From: Fidelibacterota bacterium
GTDB lineage: Bacteria; Fidelibacterota; Marinisomatia; Marinisomatales; TCS55
Assembly (NCBI GenBank): GCA_027251445.1
Contig: JAPNQO010000023.1
Coordinates: forward strand, 1 to 13,810
Length of the DNA stretch: 13,810 nt
Reading direction: 5' to 3'
The notes under the pieces are model-generated. The model saw nothing but the letters and a program-made list of their open reading frames with translations. It did no database searches and had not been told where the DNA came from. Position 1 is the stretch's first letter, and every line of letters begins with the position of its first letter. Positions 1 to 7,331 of the stretch are shown here, piece after piece. The translations under genes and the position numbers were made by a program.

Positions 1-708
1 TCATCTACTGTAAACCTAGCTGAAGATGTTACCCTTGAAACAGTTGCAGATATTTACATGACTGCATATAAATCTGGATTAAAGGGTATTACAGTATATA
101 GAGAGGGTTCAAGAGAAGGAATCCTTGTTACTGAAAATCAAGATAGCAACAAAGAAAAAGAAATTAGTAATAGTATAAGTGAAGATATATCACAAGTATC
201 ACCCATGCCTAGAGTCCGCCCTGTATCTACAAATGGTGAAACACGACGTATAAGGACAGGAGAAGGTTCTCTATATATTACCATAAATGAAGATGAAAAA
301 GGTTTATGTGAAGTATTTACTACTATTGGTAAAGCAGGTGGTAATGCTGCTGCCCAATCTGAAGCTATTAGTAGATTGATATCATTAGCATTGCGTTCAG
401 GTGTTAACCCACGCTCAGTTGTCCGTCAATTAAAGGGTATTTCTGGACCAAATCCAACATGGGAAAATGGACGGTTAATATTATCAACACCTGATGCAAT
501 AGGTAAAGCACTTGATGACTATCTTAAAGAAAAAGAACAACATTTAGATACAGATGCTTCATCGTTTGATGATCAAAAACCTCTAATTACTATGGCCCCT
601 TCTAAACTAGATACTCAAATTAGTACATGTGGAGAAGGGTCTCATGATTTAGTTAACGAAAATGGCTGTATTGTATGTCGACAATGCGGTTGGTCTAAGT
701 GCGATTAA
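1..708 (+). CDS. nrdJ: Class II (adenosylcobalamin-dependent) ribonucleotide reductase, C-terminal part (5'-truncated by the window edge)
   Basis: The frame is open from base 1 (SSTVNLAEDVTLETVADIYMTAYKSGLKGITVYREGSR), matching the RNR S-x-T-v-N / KG-x-T-x-YR-x-GSR motifs. It is followed by a TSCPD-like domain (GSLYITIN...EVF...GKAG...EAISRLISLALRSG...LSTPDAIGKAL) and a Cys-rich tail (GCIVCRQCGWSKCD). The Met at 58 is internal. Confidence 0.9.
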   Translation, partial: SSTVNLAEDVTLETVADIYMTAYKSGLKGITVYREGSREGILVTENQDSNKEKEISNSISEDISQVSPMPRVRPVSTNGETRRIRTGEGSLYITINEDEKGLCEVFTTIGKAGGNAAAQSEAISRLISLALRSGVNPRSVVRQLKGISGPNPTWENGRLILSTPDAIGKALDDYLKEKEQHLDTDASSFDDQKPLITMAPSKLDTQISTCGEGSHDLVNENGCIVCRQCGWSKCD

Positions 709-741
709 TTATTAAGTACTTTACTTTAAAATAATAAATAT

Positions 742-1299
742 TTAAACGAGCATTATCTCTTTTTCTTTGCTCTCCATCAATTCATTTAAAGTTTTTACGT
801 GACCATCTGTAATATTCTGCATCTCTGATTCAGAACGTTTAATTTCATCTTCAGATATATGATCCTCTTTTTGAAGAGTTCTAAGATGATTTATAGCATC
901 CCTTCTAACATTCCTTACAGCAATTCTACCTTCTTCAGCTAATTGGTGTATATATTTAGTTAAATCAACTCTTCTTTCTTCAGATAATGGTGGAATAGGA
1001 ACATGAATAACCTCACCATTATTGTTTGGAGTTAGGCCAAGATTACTTTCCATAATTGCTTTTTCAATTTCATCAATGACAGATTTATCAAACGGATGAA
1101 TAGTAATTAAACGAGGCTCTGGGATAGATATAGTTGATAATTGATTCAAAGGAGTTAAAGAGCCATAATAAGATACTTTTATAGATTCAACAAGTTCAGT
1201 ATTTGCTCTACCAGTACGAACTTTACTCATTTCTGTTCTTGTATGAATAACTGCTTGATCCATACGGTGTATAGCATCTTTAGTAATATCTTCAATCAT
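742..1299 (-). CDS. frr: Ribosome recycling factor
   Basis: 185 aa with RTGRAN, YYGSLTPLNQL, PPLSEERR and RNVRRDA motifs; lies directly after pyrH. Confidence 0.98.
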   Translation of the reverse strand: MIEDITKDAIHRMDQAVIHTRTEMSKVRTGRANTELVESIKVSYYGSLTPLNQLSTISIPEPRLITIHPFDKSVIDEIEKAIMESNLGLTPNNNGEVIHVPIPPLSEERRVDLTKYIHQLAEEGRIAVRNVRRDAINHLRTLQKEDHISEDEIKRSESEMQNITDGHVKTLNELMESKEKEIMLV

Positions 1300-1303
1300 A
1301 ATA

Positions 1304-2020
1304 TTAATCCCATACTAATGTTCCAATTGGCTCACCTTGTATCAATTTCTTTAATTCTCCACTTTTATTAATATTAAATACTTTAATTGGAAGAGAATTC
1401 TCTTTACATAATGAAATTGCTGTCATATCCATTACACGAAGCTCTTTTTGTATTGCTTCTTTAAATGAAACTTTCTTATACATTTTAGCATCAGAATGTA
1501 AAACAGGGTCTTTATCAAAAACACCATCAACTTTTGTACCTTTTATTAAGACTTCTGCGCCAAGCTCCGTAGCCCGTAAAGCAGCAGCGGTATCAGTTGT
1601 AAAATATGGATTTCCTGTTCCTCCAGCTACAATTACAATTCTACCTTTTTCTAAATGTCTTAAAGCTCGACGTCTAATATATGGTTCTGCAATTTGTGCA
1701 ACAGTTATTGCTGATAAGGTCCTCGTAACTGAACCTAAATTTTCTAAGGCATCTTGTACGCAGACAGCATTCATAATCGTTGCTAACATTCCCAAATAAT
1801 CACCCGTTACACGTTGCATACCTTTAGAAGCTGCTTGGATCCCTCTAAAAATATTACCTGCACCTATAATCAAGATAATAGAAATACCCATATCATGAAT
1901 AGACTTAATTTCTTGTGCTAGATTATTAGCTTTTATTGGATCAATACCAAAACCTTCATCGCCAGCAAGTATCTCACCTGATAATTTAAGAACAAGCCTC
2001 CGATAAAGAGTGTTTGACAT
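1304..2020 (-). CDS. pyrH: Uridylate (UMP) kinase
   Basis: LKLSGE, GAGNIFRG, DYLGMLAT, GTGNPYFTTDTAAALRA and KVDGVFDKDP motifs; tsf-pyrH-frr context. Confidence 0.98.
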   Translation of the reverse strand: MSNTLYRRLVLKLSGEILAGDEGFGIDPIKANNLAQEIKSIHDMGISIILIIGAGNIFRGIQAASKGMQRVTGDYLGMLATIMNAVCVQDALENLGSVTRTLSAITVAQIAEPYIRRRALRHLEKGRIVIVAGGTGNPYFTTDTAAALRATELGAEVLIKGTKVDGVFDKDPVLHSDAKMYKKVSFKEAIQKELRVMDMTAISLCKENSLPIKVFNINKSGELKKLIQGEPIGTLVWD

Positions 2021-2032
2021 TAAATGTTATTT

Positions 2033-2641
2033 TCAGTCTTCGTTATGAGATTCACCTATAGCAAAACGTGTATACCTACCCACAGTGATATTCTCACCTA
2101 ATGTTGCAATAGATTCTGTAATAAGATCTTTAACTGTTTTATCTGGATCTTTAATAAAAGGTTGCTCTAATAAACAAATCTCTTGAAAATACTTATCCAT
2201 TTTACCTTCAATAATTTGTTCAATAACATTTTTTGGTTTTTTAGAACTTTTAGCTTGTTCTTGATAAATATTTTTTTCTTTTTCTATTAATTCTTTTGAA
2301 ACCAAATCTCTACTTAATGATAGAGGACTCGTAGCAGCAATTTGAATAGAAAGATTGTGAACTAAATCTTTAAAGCCATCAGTTTTAGCAACAAAATCAG
2401 TTTCACAATTCACTTCCAATAACACTCCTAATCTTCCCCCATGATGGATATAAGAATATATAAGGCCGTCTTGCGCAGAACGAGATCCTTTTTTTTCTGC
2501 CTTTGCAACTCCAGCTTTTCTCAAGGCCTCAACTGCTTTTTCTAGATTTCCTTCAGTTTCTACAAGCGCTCGTTTACAGTCCATCATTCCTGCTCCAGTC
2601 TTTTCACGTAATACTTTTACAGTTTTAGCATCAATAGTCAT
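2033..2641 (-). CDS. tsf: Translation elongation factor Ts (short, ~200-aa form)
   Basis: VKVLREKTGAGMMDCKRAL, EVNCETDFVA and LLEQPFIKD motifs; ATGA overlap with the rpsB stop at 2638-2641. Confidence 0.98.
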   Translation of the reverse strand: MTIDAKTVKVLREKTGAGMMDCKRALVETEGNLEKAVEALRKAGVAKAEKKGSRSAQDGLIYSYIHHGGRLGVLLEVNCETDFVAKTDGFKDLVHNLSIQIAATSPLSLSRDLVSKELIEKEKNIYQEQAKSSKKPKNVIEQIIEGKMDKYFQEICLLEQPFIKDPDKTVKDLITESIATLGENITVGRYTRFAIGESHNED

Positions 2642-3507
2642 TCTTTCTTCTCTGACTCCTTACTTGGGTTTTTATCATTTTCAATATTATTTGAATCATT
2701 ATTCTTATCTATATTTTTATTTTTTTTGGCTTTATTATCTAACATAGCTTGGCCATCATCAGAAAGCTTTGAATTTTTATCATTTTTGTTAGGAACTACT
2801 TTTTCTTTTTCAATTTTCTTATCTACATCTTTTACTTGAGCAGATAATATTGTATCCGTAATAGCAGATAGTATTAATTGTATAGTTCTGATAGAATCAT
2901 CATTTGCTGGTATAACATGGCTTACAACTGATGGATCAGTATTACTATCAACTATTGCTATAACTGGAATTTCTAATCTTAATGCCTCTTGAACTGCTGT
3001 AGATTCAAAGTTTGCATCTACTACAACTAATGCATCAGGAACTCTACGCATATCTTTGATACCACGATGCTGATCTGCTAACTTCACCCGCTCACGATTT
3101 AACATTTGAATTTCTTTTTTTGTTAAATCTTCATATATGCTTGAACCTTCTTTTTCAAGCATTTGTAGACGTTTAATACTTTTTTTAATTGTTGAAAAGT
3201 TAGTTAGAGTACCCCCTAGCCACCTTTCTACAACATAAAACATTCCACAACGGTCAGCTTCCTGTTGAACAATATCTTTTGCTTGTTTTTTAGTACCAAC
3301 AAAAAGGACTTCTCCATTTTTCTTTATAACTTGAGTAAGAAAATCTTGTGCTTTCTTTAACCCGGATAATGTTTCTTCTAAATTAATAATATGAACGCCA
3401 TTTCTTTCCATAAGAATAAATGGTTCATAAGCAGGATGCCATTTTCGAGTAACATGACCAAAATGGGCACCAGTACTTAATAAATTTTCAAAGTTTACTT
3501 CAGACAT
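2638..3507 (-). CDS. rpsB: 30S ribosomal protein S2 with a low-complexity C-terminal tail
   Basis: GAHFGHVTRKWHP, LFVGTKKQA, RWLGGTLTNF and IPANDDSIR motifs. Confidence 0.98.
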   Translation of the reverse strand: MSEVNFENLLSTGAHFGHVTRKWHPAYEPFILMERNGVHIINLEETLSGLKKAQDFLTQVIKKNGEVLFVGTKKQAKDIVQQEADRCGMFYVVERWLGGTLTNFSTIKKSIKRLQMLEKEGSSIYEDLTKKEIQMLNRERVKLADQHRGIKDMRRVPDALVVVDANFESTAVQEALRLEIPVIAIVDSNTDPSVVSHVIPANDDSIRTIQLILSAITDTILSAQVKDVDKKIEKEKVVPNKNDKNSKLSDDGQAMLDNKAKKNKNIDKNNDSNNIENDKNPSKESEKKE

Positions 3508-3513
3508 AGAATC

Positions 3514-3906
3514 TTAACGTTTAGAAAATTGAAATTTTTTACGTGCACCAGGTTGACCATATTTTTTCCTTTCGACTTTACGAGAATCCCTCTTCAAAAA
3601 TCCTGCACTTTTAAGTAAAGTTCGGTAATCAATGTTTTCTTCAAGTAATGCTCTTGCTATACCTAAACGTATTGCGCCTGCTTGACCAGTTAGACCGCCA
3701 CCTTTTACATTTACACTAAAATCATAAGCTTGAACTTTATCAATGGCTTCCAAAGGCTCCAATACAACATTTGCTAAAGTTTCGCGACATAGATATTGTC
3801 TAAAATCTTTTCCATTTATAGTGATATTTCCTTTTCCAGTAGAAAGGTAAACTCTTGCTACAGCAGATTTTCTTCTACCAGTACCATTTTTTAATAGATT
3901 AGGCAT
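3514..3906 (-). CDS. rpsI: 30S ribosomal protein S9
   Basis: [31 protein letters not shown] and the C-terminal RKKYG...[10 protein letters not shown]. Confidence 0.99.
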   Translation of the reverse strand: MPNLLKNGTGRRKSAVARVYLSTGKGNITINGKDFRQYLCRETLANVVLEPLEAIDKVQAYDFSVNVKGGGLTGQAGAIRLGIARALLEENIDYRTLLKSAGFLKRDSRKVERKKYGQPGARKKFQFSKR

Positions 3907-4335
3907 TTATAAATTAATCTCCTTGGGCTCTTGAGCATAATGAGGATGAGATGACCCGGTATAAATACGAATATGTGTCATCATTTTACGACCTAATTTA
4001 TTCTTAGGAAGCATACCCTTAATTGCAGATTCTAAAATTCTCTCTGGATGATATTTACGAACATGCGAAACATCTACAAAAGAAGTGGCTCCAGGATATC
4101 CTGAATGGCTAAAATAAGTTTTATCTTTTTCTTTAGATCCAGAAAGAACTATTTTTTCTGCATTTACTACAATAACGCAGTCACCCATATCCATATGAGG
4201 AGTGTATGTTGGCTTATGTTTTCCTTTTAAAAGCTGAGCAACTTTAGAAGCAAATCTTCCTAGGGTCTTGCCTTCAGCATCAACAAGAAGCCAATTTTTC
4301 TTTATTTCAGATTGTTTAATAGAATATGTTTTCAT
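3907..4335 (-). CDS. rplM: 50S ribosomal protein L13
   Basis: WLLVDAEGKTLGR, GKHKPTYTPHMDMGDCVIVVNA, HSGYPG and KGMLPKNKLGR motifs; the stop abuts the rpsI start (TAAATG). Confidence 0.99.
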   Translation of the reverse strand: MKTYSIKQSEIKKNWLLVDAEGKTLGRFASKVAQLLKGKHKPTYTPHMDMGDCVIVVNAEKIVLSGSKEKDKTYFSHSGYPGATSFVDVSHVRKYHPERILESAIKGMLPKNKLGRKMMTHIRIYTGSSHPHYAQEPKEINL

Positions 4336-4360
4336 TTTATTTCAGTTCGAATAAAGCCGT

Positions 4361-4392
4361 CGAAAATAGCTTATTACGTGCATTTATGCCAA
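4361..4392 (-). promoter_or_regulatory. Candidate promoter of the rplM-rpsI-rpsB-tsf-pyrH-frr operon
   Basis: Minus strand TTGGCA (4392-4387), 18 nt, TATTTT(CG) (4368-4361), ending 25 nt upstream of the rplM ATG. The layout resembles the candidate pyrR promoter. Motif match only. Confidence 0.45.
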
Positions 4393-4424
4393 TAAATAAT
4401 AACTTTTTTATAAGTATTAATTTT

Positions 4425-5705
4425 TTAATGAAAATTGGCTAAAAAACCTTTTGATAATGTATAATGAATTTTACCCTTTAATTTTTCACCAATAAACGGT
4501 GAATTTTTTGATTTTGAATAAATATTCTCCTCAGAGAATATCCATTCATGATCAGGATCAATTATTGTTATTTCTGCTGAAGCACCTTTTTTAAATAAAT
4601 TACTATTAAAGTTCATAATATTTCTAGGATTTATAGTGAGAAGTTTAATTATTTCTTTAAGAGGTAAATCCAATACCTTATTCACAACTCCAAAGCAACT
4701 TTCTAAGCCTATCATACCAAAAGGTGCCATATCAAATGAAGCTTCTTTTTCTTCTATTGTGTGAGGGGCATGATCTGTTGCAATACAATCTATGGTGCCA
4801 TCTTTTAACCCTTTTATCAATGCTTTTCTATCTTTTTCAGAGCGAATTGGTGGGCCAACTTTGAAATTTGTATTATATCCAGATAGAGCATTGTCATTAA
4901 AATATAAATGATGCGGTGTTACTTCAGCAGATATTTTAGGATTAATTTTTTTCATTCTTTTTATATGGGATACACCACTACTTGAAGAAACATGCGGAAC
5001 ATGTATATTAGTCTTAATTAGATTTGCAAGCTCAAGATCTCTTTGAATCATAATTGATTCAGATAATGATGGGTTTCCCGAAAGCCCAAGCCTAGTCGAG
5101 GCTTCTCCTTCATTCATAACTCCATCATTTCGCAAACATTCATCCTCTGCATGATTAATTACTGGAATATTAAACATAGAGGCATATTCTAAAGCCAATC
5201 TCATCACTTGAGAATCAGCTATTGGAAGACCATCGTCACTGATGGCAACAGCGCCTTCCTTAACCATACCTTGCACCTCAGTTAATTCTTCACCTTTTTG
5301 AGATTTAGAAACCGCACCTATAGGATGAATAAATATTGGACAATTAGCAGACTTATCAGTAATAAATTTGATTGATTCTGGTGAATCTAATGGTGGGGTT
5401 GTATTAGGCATTACACATACTCTAGTAAACCCACCTGCTAATGCAGCTAGAGATCCAGTTTTTAAGGTTTCCTTATGTTCTTGACCTGGTTCTCTAAAAT
5501 GAACGTGCACATCGCAAAAACCATGTGTAATAACTAAACCCTTACAATTAATTTTAGTTGCATCATTATCTTTAATTTTTGAGCCCATTGCACTGATTTT
5601 ATTGTTTTCTATTAATATATTAGCCTTTTTGGACTTATCTAGAAATGGGTCATAAACTGCCCCCCCCTGCAGCAATAGTTTTTTTGGCATTTTTTTAAGA
5701 TTCAT
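4425..5705 (-). CDS. pyrC: Dihydroorotase, long (type I / complex-forming) form
   Basis: DVHVHFREPG, GGFTRVCVMPNT, SDDG, NHAED, EVTPHHL and ATDHAPH motifs; metal and catalytic residues appear intact. AGGAGG at 5719-5714 lies 8 nt before the ATG; 11-bp overlap with pyrB. Confidence 0.96.
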   Translation of the reverse strand: MNLKKMPKKLLLQGGAVYDPFLDKSKKANILIENNKISAMGSKIKDNDATKINCKGLVITHGFCDVHVHFREPGQEHKETLKTGSLAALAGGFTRVCVMPNTTPPLDSPESIKFITDKSANCPIFIHPIGAVSKSQKGEELTEVQGMVKEGAVAISDDGLPIADSQVMRLALEYASMFNIPVINHAEDECLRNDGVMNEGEASTRLGLSGNPSLSESIMIQRDLELANLIKTNIHVPHVSSSSGVSHIKRMKKINPKISAEVTPHHLYFNDNALSGYNTNFKVGPPIRSEKDRKALIKGLKDGTIDCIATDHAPHTIEEKEASFDMAPFGMIGLESCFGVVNKVLDLPLKEIIKLLTINPRNIMNFNSNLFKKGASAEITIIDPDHEWIFSEENIYSKSKNSPFIGEKLKGKIHYTLSKGFLANFH

Positions 5706-6624
5706 TATGACTTCCTCCTAAAAATAAATATAAAATAGCCATTCTTGAAGCAACACCATTAAGAACCTGATCTAAAATAATTGCAGATTTACTATCAGCA
5801 ACAGAACTATCTATTTCAACACCACGATTCATTGGTCCAGGATGTAAAACAACTATTTCTTTATTATGTTTTTGCAATCGTTCATCTGTTATTCCAAATA
5901 ATTTTCGATATTCTCTAACTGATGGGAATAAACCTCTATTCATTCTTTCTAATTGAATTCTTAGAACATTAATTGCATCTGCCCAATCCAATACCTCATC
6001 GAGATTATACGAAACTTTTACACCTAATGAGATTATTTCAATTGGTATTAGAGTTGGTGATCCGCAAACCATTACTTCTGCGCCCATCTTTATTAAACCA
6101 TAAATATTACTTCTAGCAACACGGCTATGAGCTATATCTCCAATAATTCCTATTTTAAGACCTCGAATTTTTCCAAATTTCTCTTTTAAACTCATCATAT
6201 CAAGAATAGCTTGAGTTGGATGTTCGTGAGCGCCATCTCCAGCATTTATTACTATAGATTTAATATATTTTGTTAAATGTACTGAAGAGCCAGGGCTTGG
6301 ATGCCTCATGACTACGGCATCAATTTTCATAGCCTCAATATTTTGTACAGTATCTTTAAAGCTCTCCCCTTTCTTTAAGCTACTGGAGGAAGCAGAAAAG
6401 TTAACAGTATCAGCGCTAAGGCGCTTTTGTGCCAATTCAAAACTTATTCTGGTACGAGTAGAATTTTCAAAAAAAAGATTTACTATAGTCTTACCCTGTA
6501 AGGAAGGTACTTTTTTTATAGGTCTATCAAGTATCTCTTTGAAACTAAAAGATGTTTCTATTATTTTATCAATATCACTAGCAGGAAAGTTTTCTAAACC
6601 AAGAAGATGTTTCTGTTTCATCAT
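5695..6624 (-). CDS. pyrB: Aspartate carbamoyltransferase catalytic subunit
   Basis: FFENSTRTRISFE, KGESFKDT, INAGDGAHEHPTQ, GDIAHSRVA, RIQLER and HPGPMNRGVEI motifs. Confidence 0.98.
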   Translation of the reverse strand: MMKQKHLLGLENFPASDIDKIIETSFSFKEILDRPIKKVPSLQGKTIVNLFFENSTRTRISFELAQKRLSADTVNFSASSSSLKKGESFKDTVQNIEAMKIDAVVMRHPSPGSSVHLTKYIKSIVINAGDGAHEHPTQAILDMMSLKEKFGKIRGLKIGIIGDIAHSRVARSNIYGLIKMGAEVMVCGSPTLIPIEIISLGVKVSYNLDEVLDWADAINVLRIQLERMNRGLFPSVREYRKLFGITDERLQKHNKEIVVLHPGPMNRGVEIDSSVADSKSAIILDQVLNGVASRMAILYLFLGGSHNES

Positions 6625-7178
6625 GATTTATCTAATAGGTTATGTTTTATGATTATTACAGCATCTTTTTCATCTATTTCTTCTAAACGCACTGCAATAT
6701 GCTCTCCCTCACTTGTTGGAATATTTTTACCTACATAGTCAGCCTTAATGGGCATCTCTCTATGCCCTCTATCAACTAAAACAGCTAGCTGAATAGATTT
6801 AGCCCTTCCAAATGCATTTAATGAATCAATGGCCGCTCTTATAGTTCGACCTGTATATAAGACATCGTCAACTAGTACAACGATTTTATCATCTAAAGAA
6901 AATGAAATATCAGTTCCATGTACTTGAGGGACTAATAATCTTTCTCTAAAATCATCTCTGTGAAAAGTAATGTCAAGCGAACCTAAAGATACCTTTAAAT
7001 CTGAAATATTATATAATTCTTCTTGTATTCTTTTTGATAACGGCTTCCCTCTTGTCTGGATACCTATTAATACTAAATCATCTAATTCTCTATTATTTTC
7101 ATAAATTTCATGAGCCAATCTTATTATTGAACTAGAAATTGTTTTTTTATCAAGTAATACTGAATATTTTTTTTTCAT
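6621..7178 (-). CDS. pyrR: Bifunctional pyrimidine operon attenuation regulator / uracil phosphoribosyltransferase
   Basis: RLAHEI, GIQTRG, LDITFHRDD, the PRPP motif VLVDDVLYTGRT and LVDRGHREMPI; first gene of pyrR-pyrB-pyrC. Confidence 0.97.
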   Translation of the reverse strand: MKKKYSVLLDKKTISSSIIRLAHEIYENNRELDDLVLIGIQTRGKPLSKRIQEELYNISDLKVSLGSLDITFHRDDFRERLLVPQVHGTDISFSLDDKIVVLVDDVLYTGRTIRAAIDSLNAFGRAKSIQLAVLVDRGHREMPIKADYVGKNIPTSEGEHIAVRLEEIDEKDAVIIIKHNLLDKS

Positions 7179-7186
7179 AAAGTTTC

Positions 7187-7246
7187 AAAAAAAAACCCCT
7201 GGGCAGCTTTCATTTACATTTAACTATAAATGATAGACCAGAGGTC
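7187..7246 (-). terminator. Conditional intrinsic terminator (attenuator) in the pyrR leader
   Basis: As RNA, GACCUCUGG (7246-7238) pairs with CCAGGGGUU (7202-7194); an inner stem UCAUUUAUA (7233-7225) / UGUAAAUGA (7218-7210) closes a GUUAAA loop; a U9 tract (7195-7187) ends 8 nt before the pyrR ATG. Confidence 0.85.
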
Positions 7247-7254
7247 ATTTACTG

Positions 7255-7287
7255 CCCTTTTTGCTATCACAGTAGCTAATTAAAGGG
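7255..7287 (-). ncRNA. PyrR-binding stem-loop (anti-antiterminator), cis-regulatory RNA
   Basis: RNA CCCUUU-AAUUA-GCUA-CUGUGA-UAGC-AA-AAAGGG: lower stem CCCUUU/AAAGGG, the conserved CUUUAA element and a CNGNGA hexaloop, as in known PyrR binding loops; located upstream of pyrR. Confidence 0.88.
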
Positions 7288-7299
7288 TCAAAATTCCCG

Positions 7300-7330
7300 C
7301 AATAATACAATTAAGATATATATCTAACAA
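7300..7330 (-). promoter_or_regulatory. Candidate promoter of pyrR-pyrB-pyrC
   Basis: Minus strand TTGTTA (7330-7325), 17 nt, TATTAT (7307-7302), positioned to start transcription just before the PyrR-binding hairpin. Confidence 0.6.
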
Positions 7331-7331
7331 A

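Noticed and set aside
709..741. Bidirectional terminator between the convergent nrdJ and frr genes
   Set aside because: Only weak AT-rich self-complementarity (e.g. AAGTACTT); no stable stem that I can support.
4425..5705. Inactive PyrC' (Pseudomonas-type structural subunit) or allantoinase
   Set aside because: HxH, the later His residues and the catalytic Asp of TDHAPH are present, and the pyrR-pyrB context indicates an active dihydroorotase.
6308..6652. 114-aa + strand ORF
   Set aside because: Antisense shadow of pyrB/pyrR with no recognisable motifs.
7179..7331. hfq or a leader peptide downstream of miaA
   Set aside because: The 153-bp gap is too short for hfq and is fully explained by the promoter and attenuator; no credible ORF.
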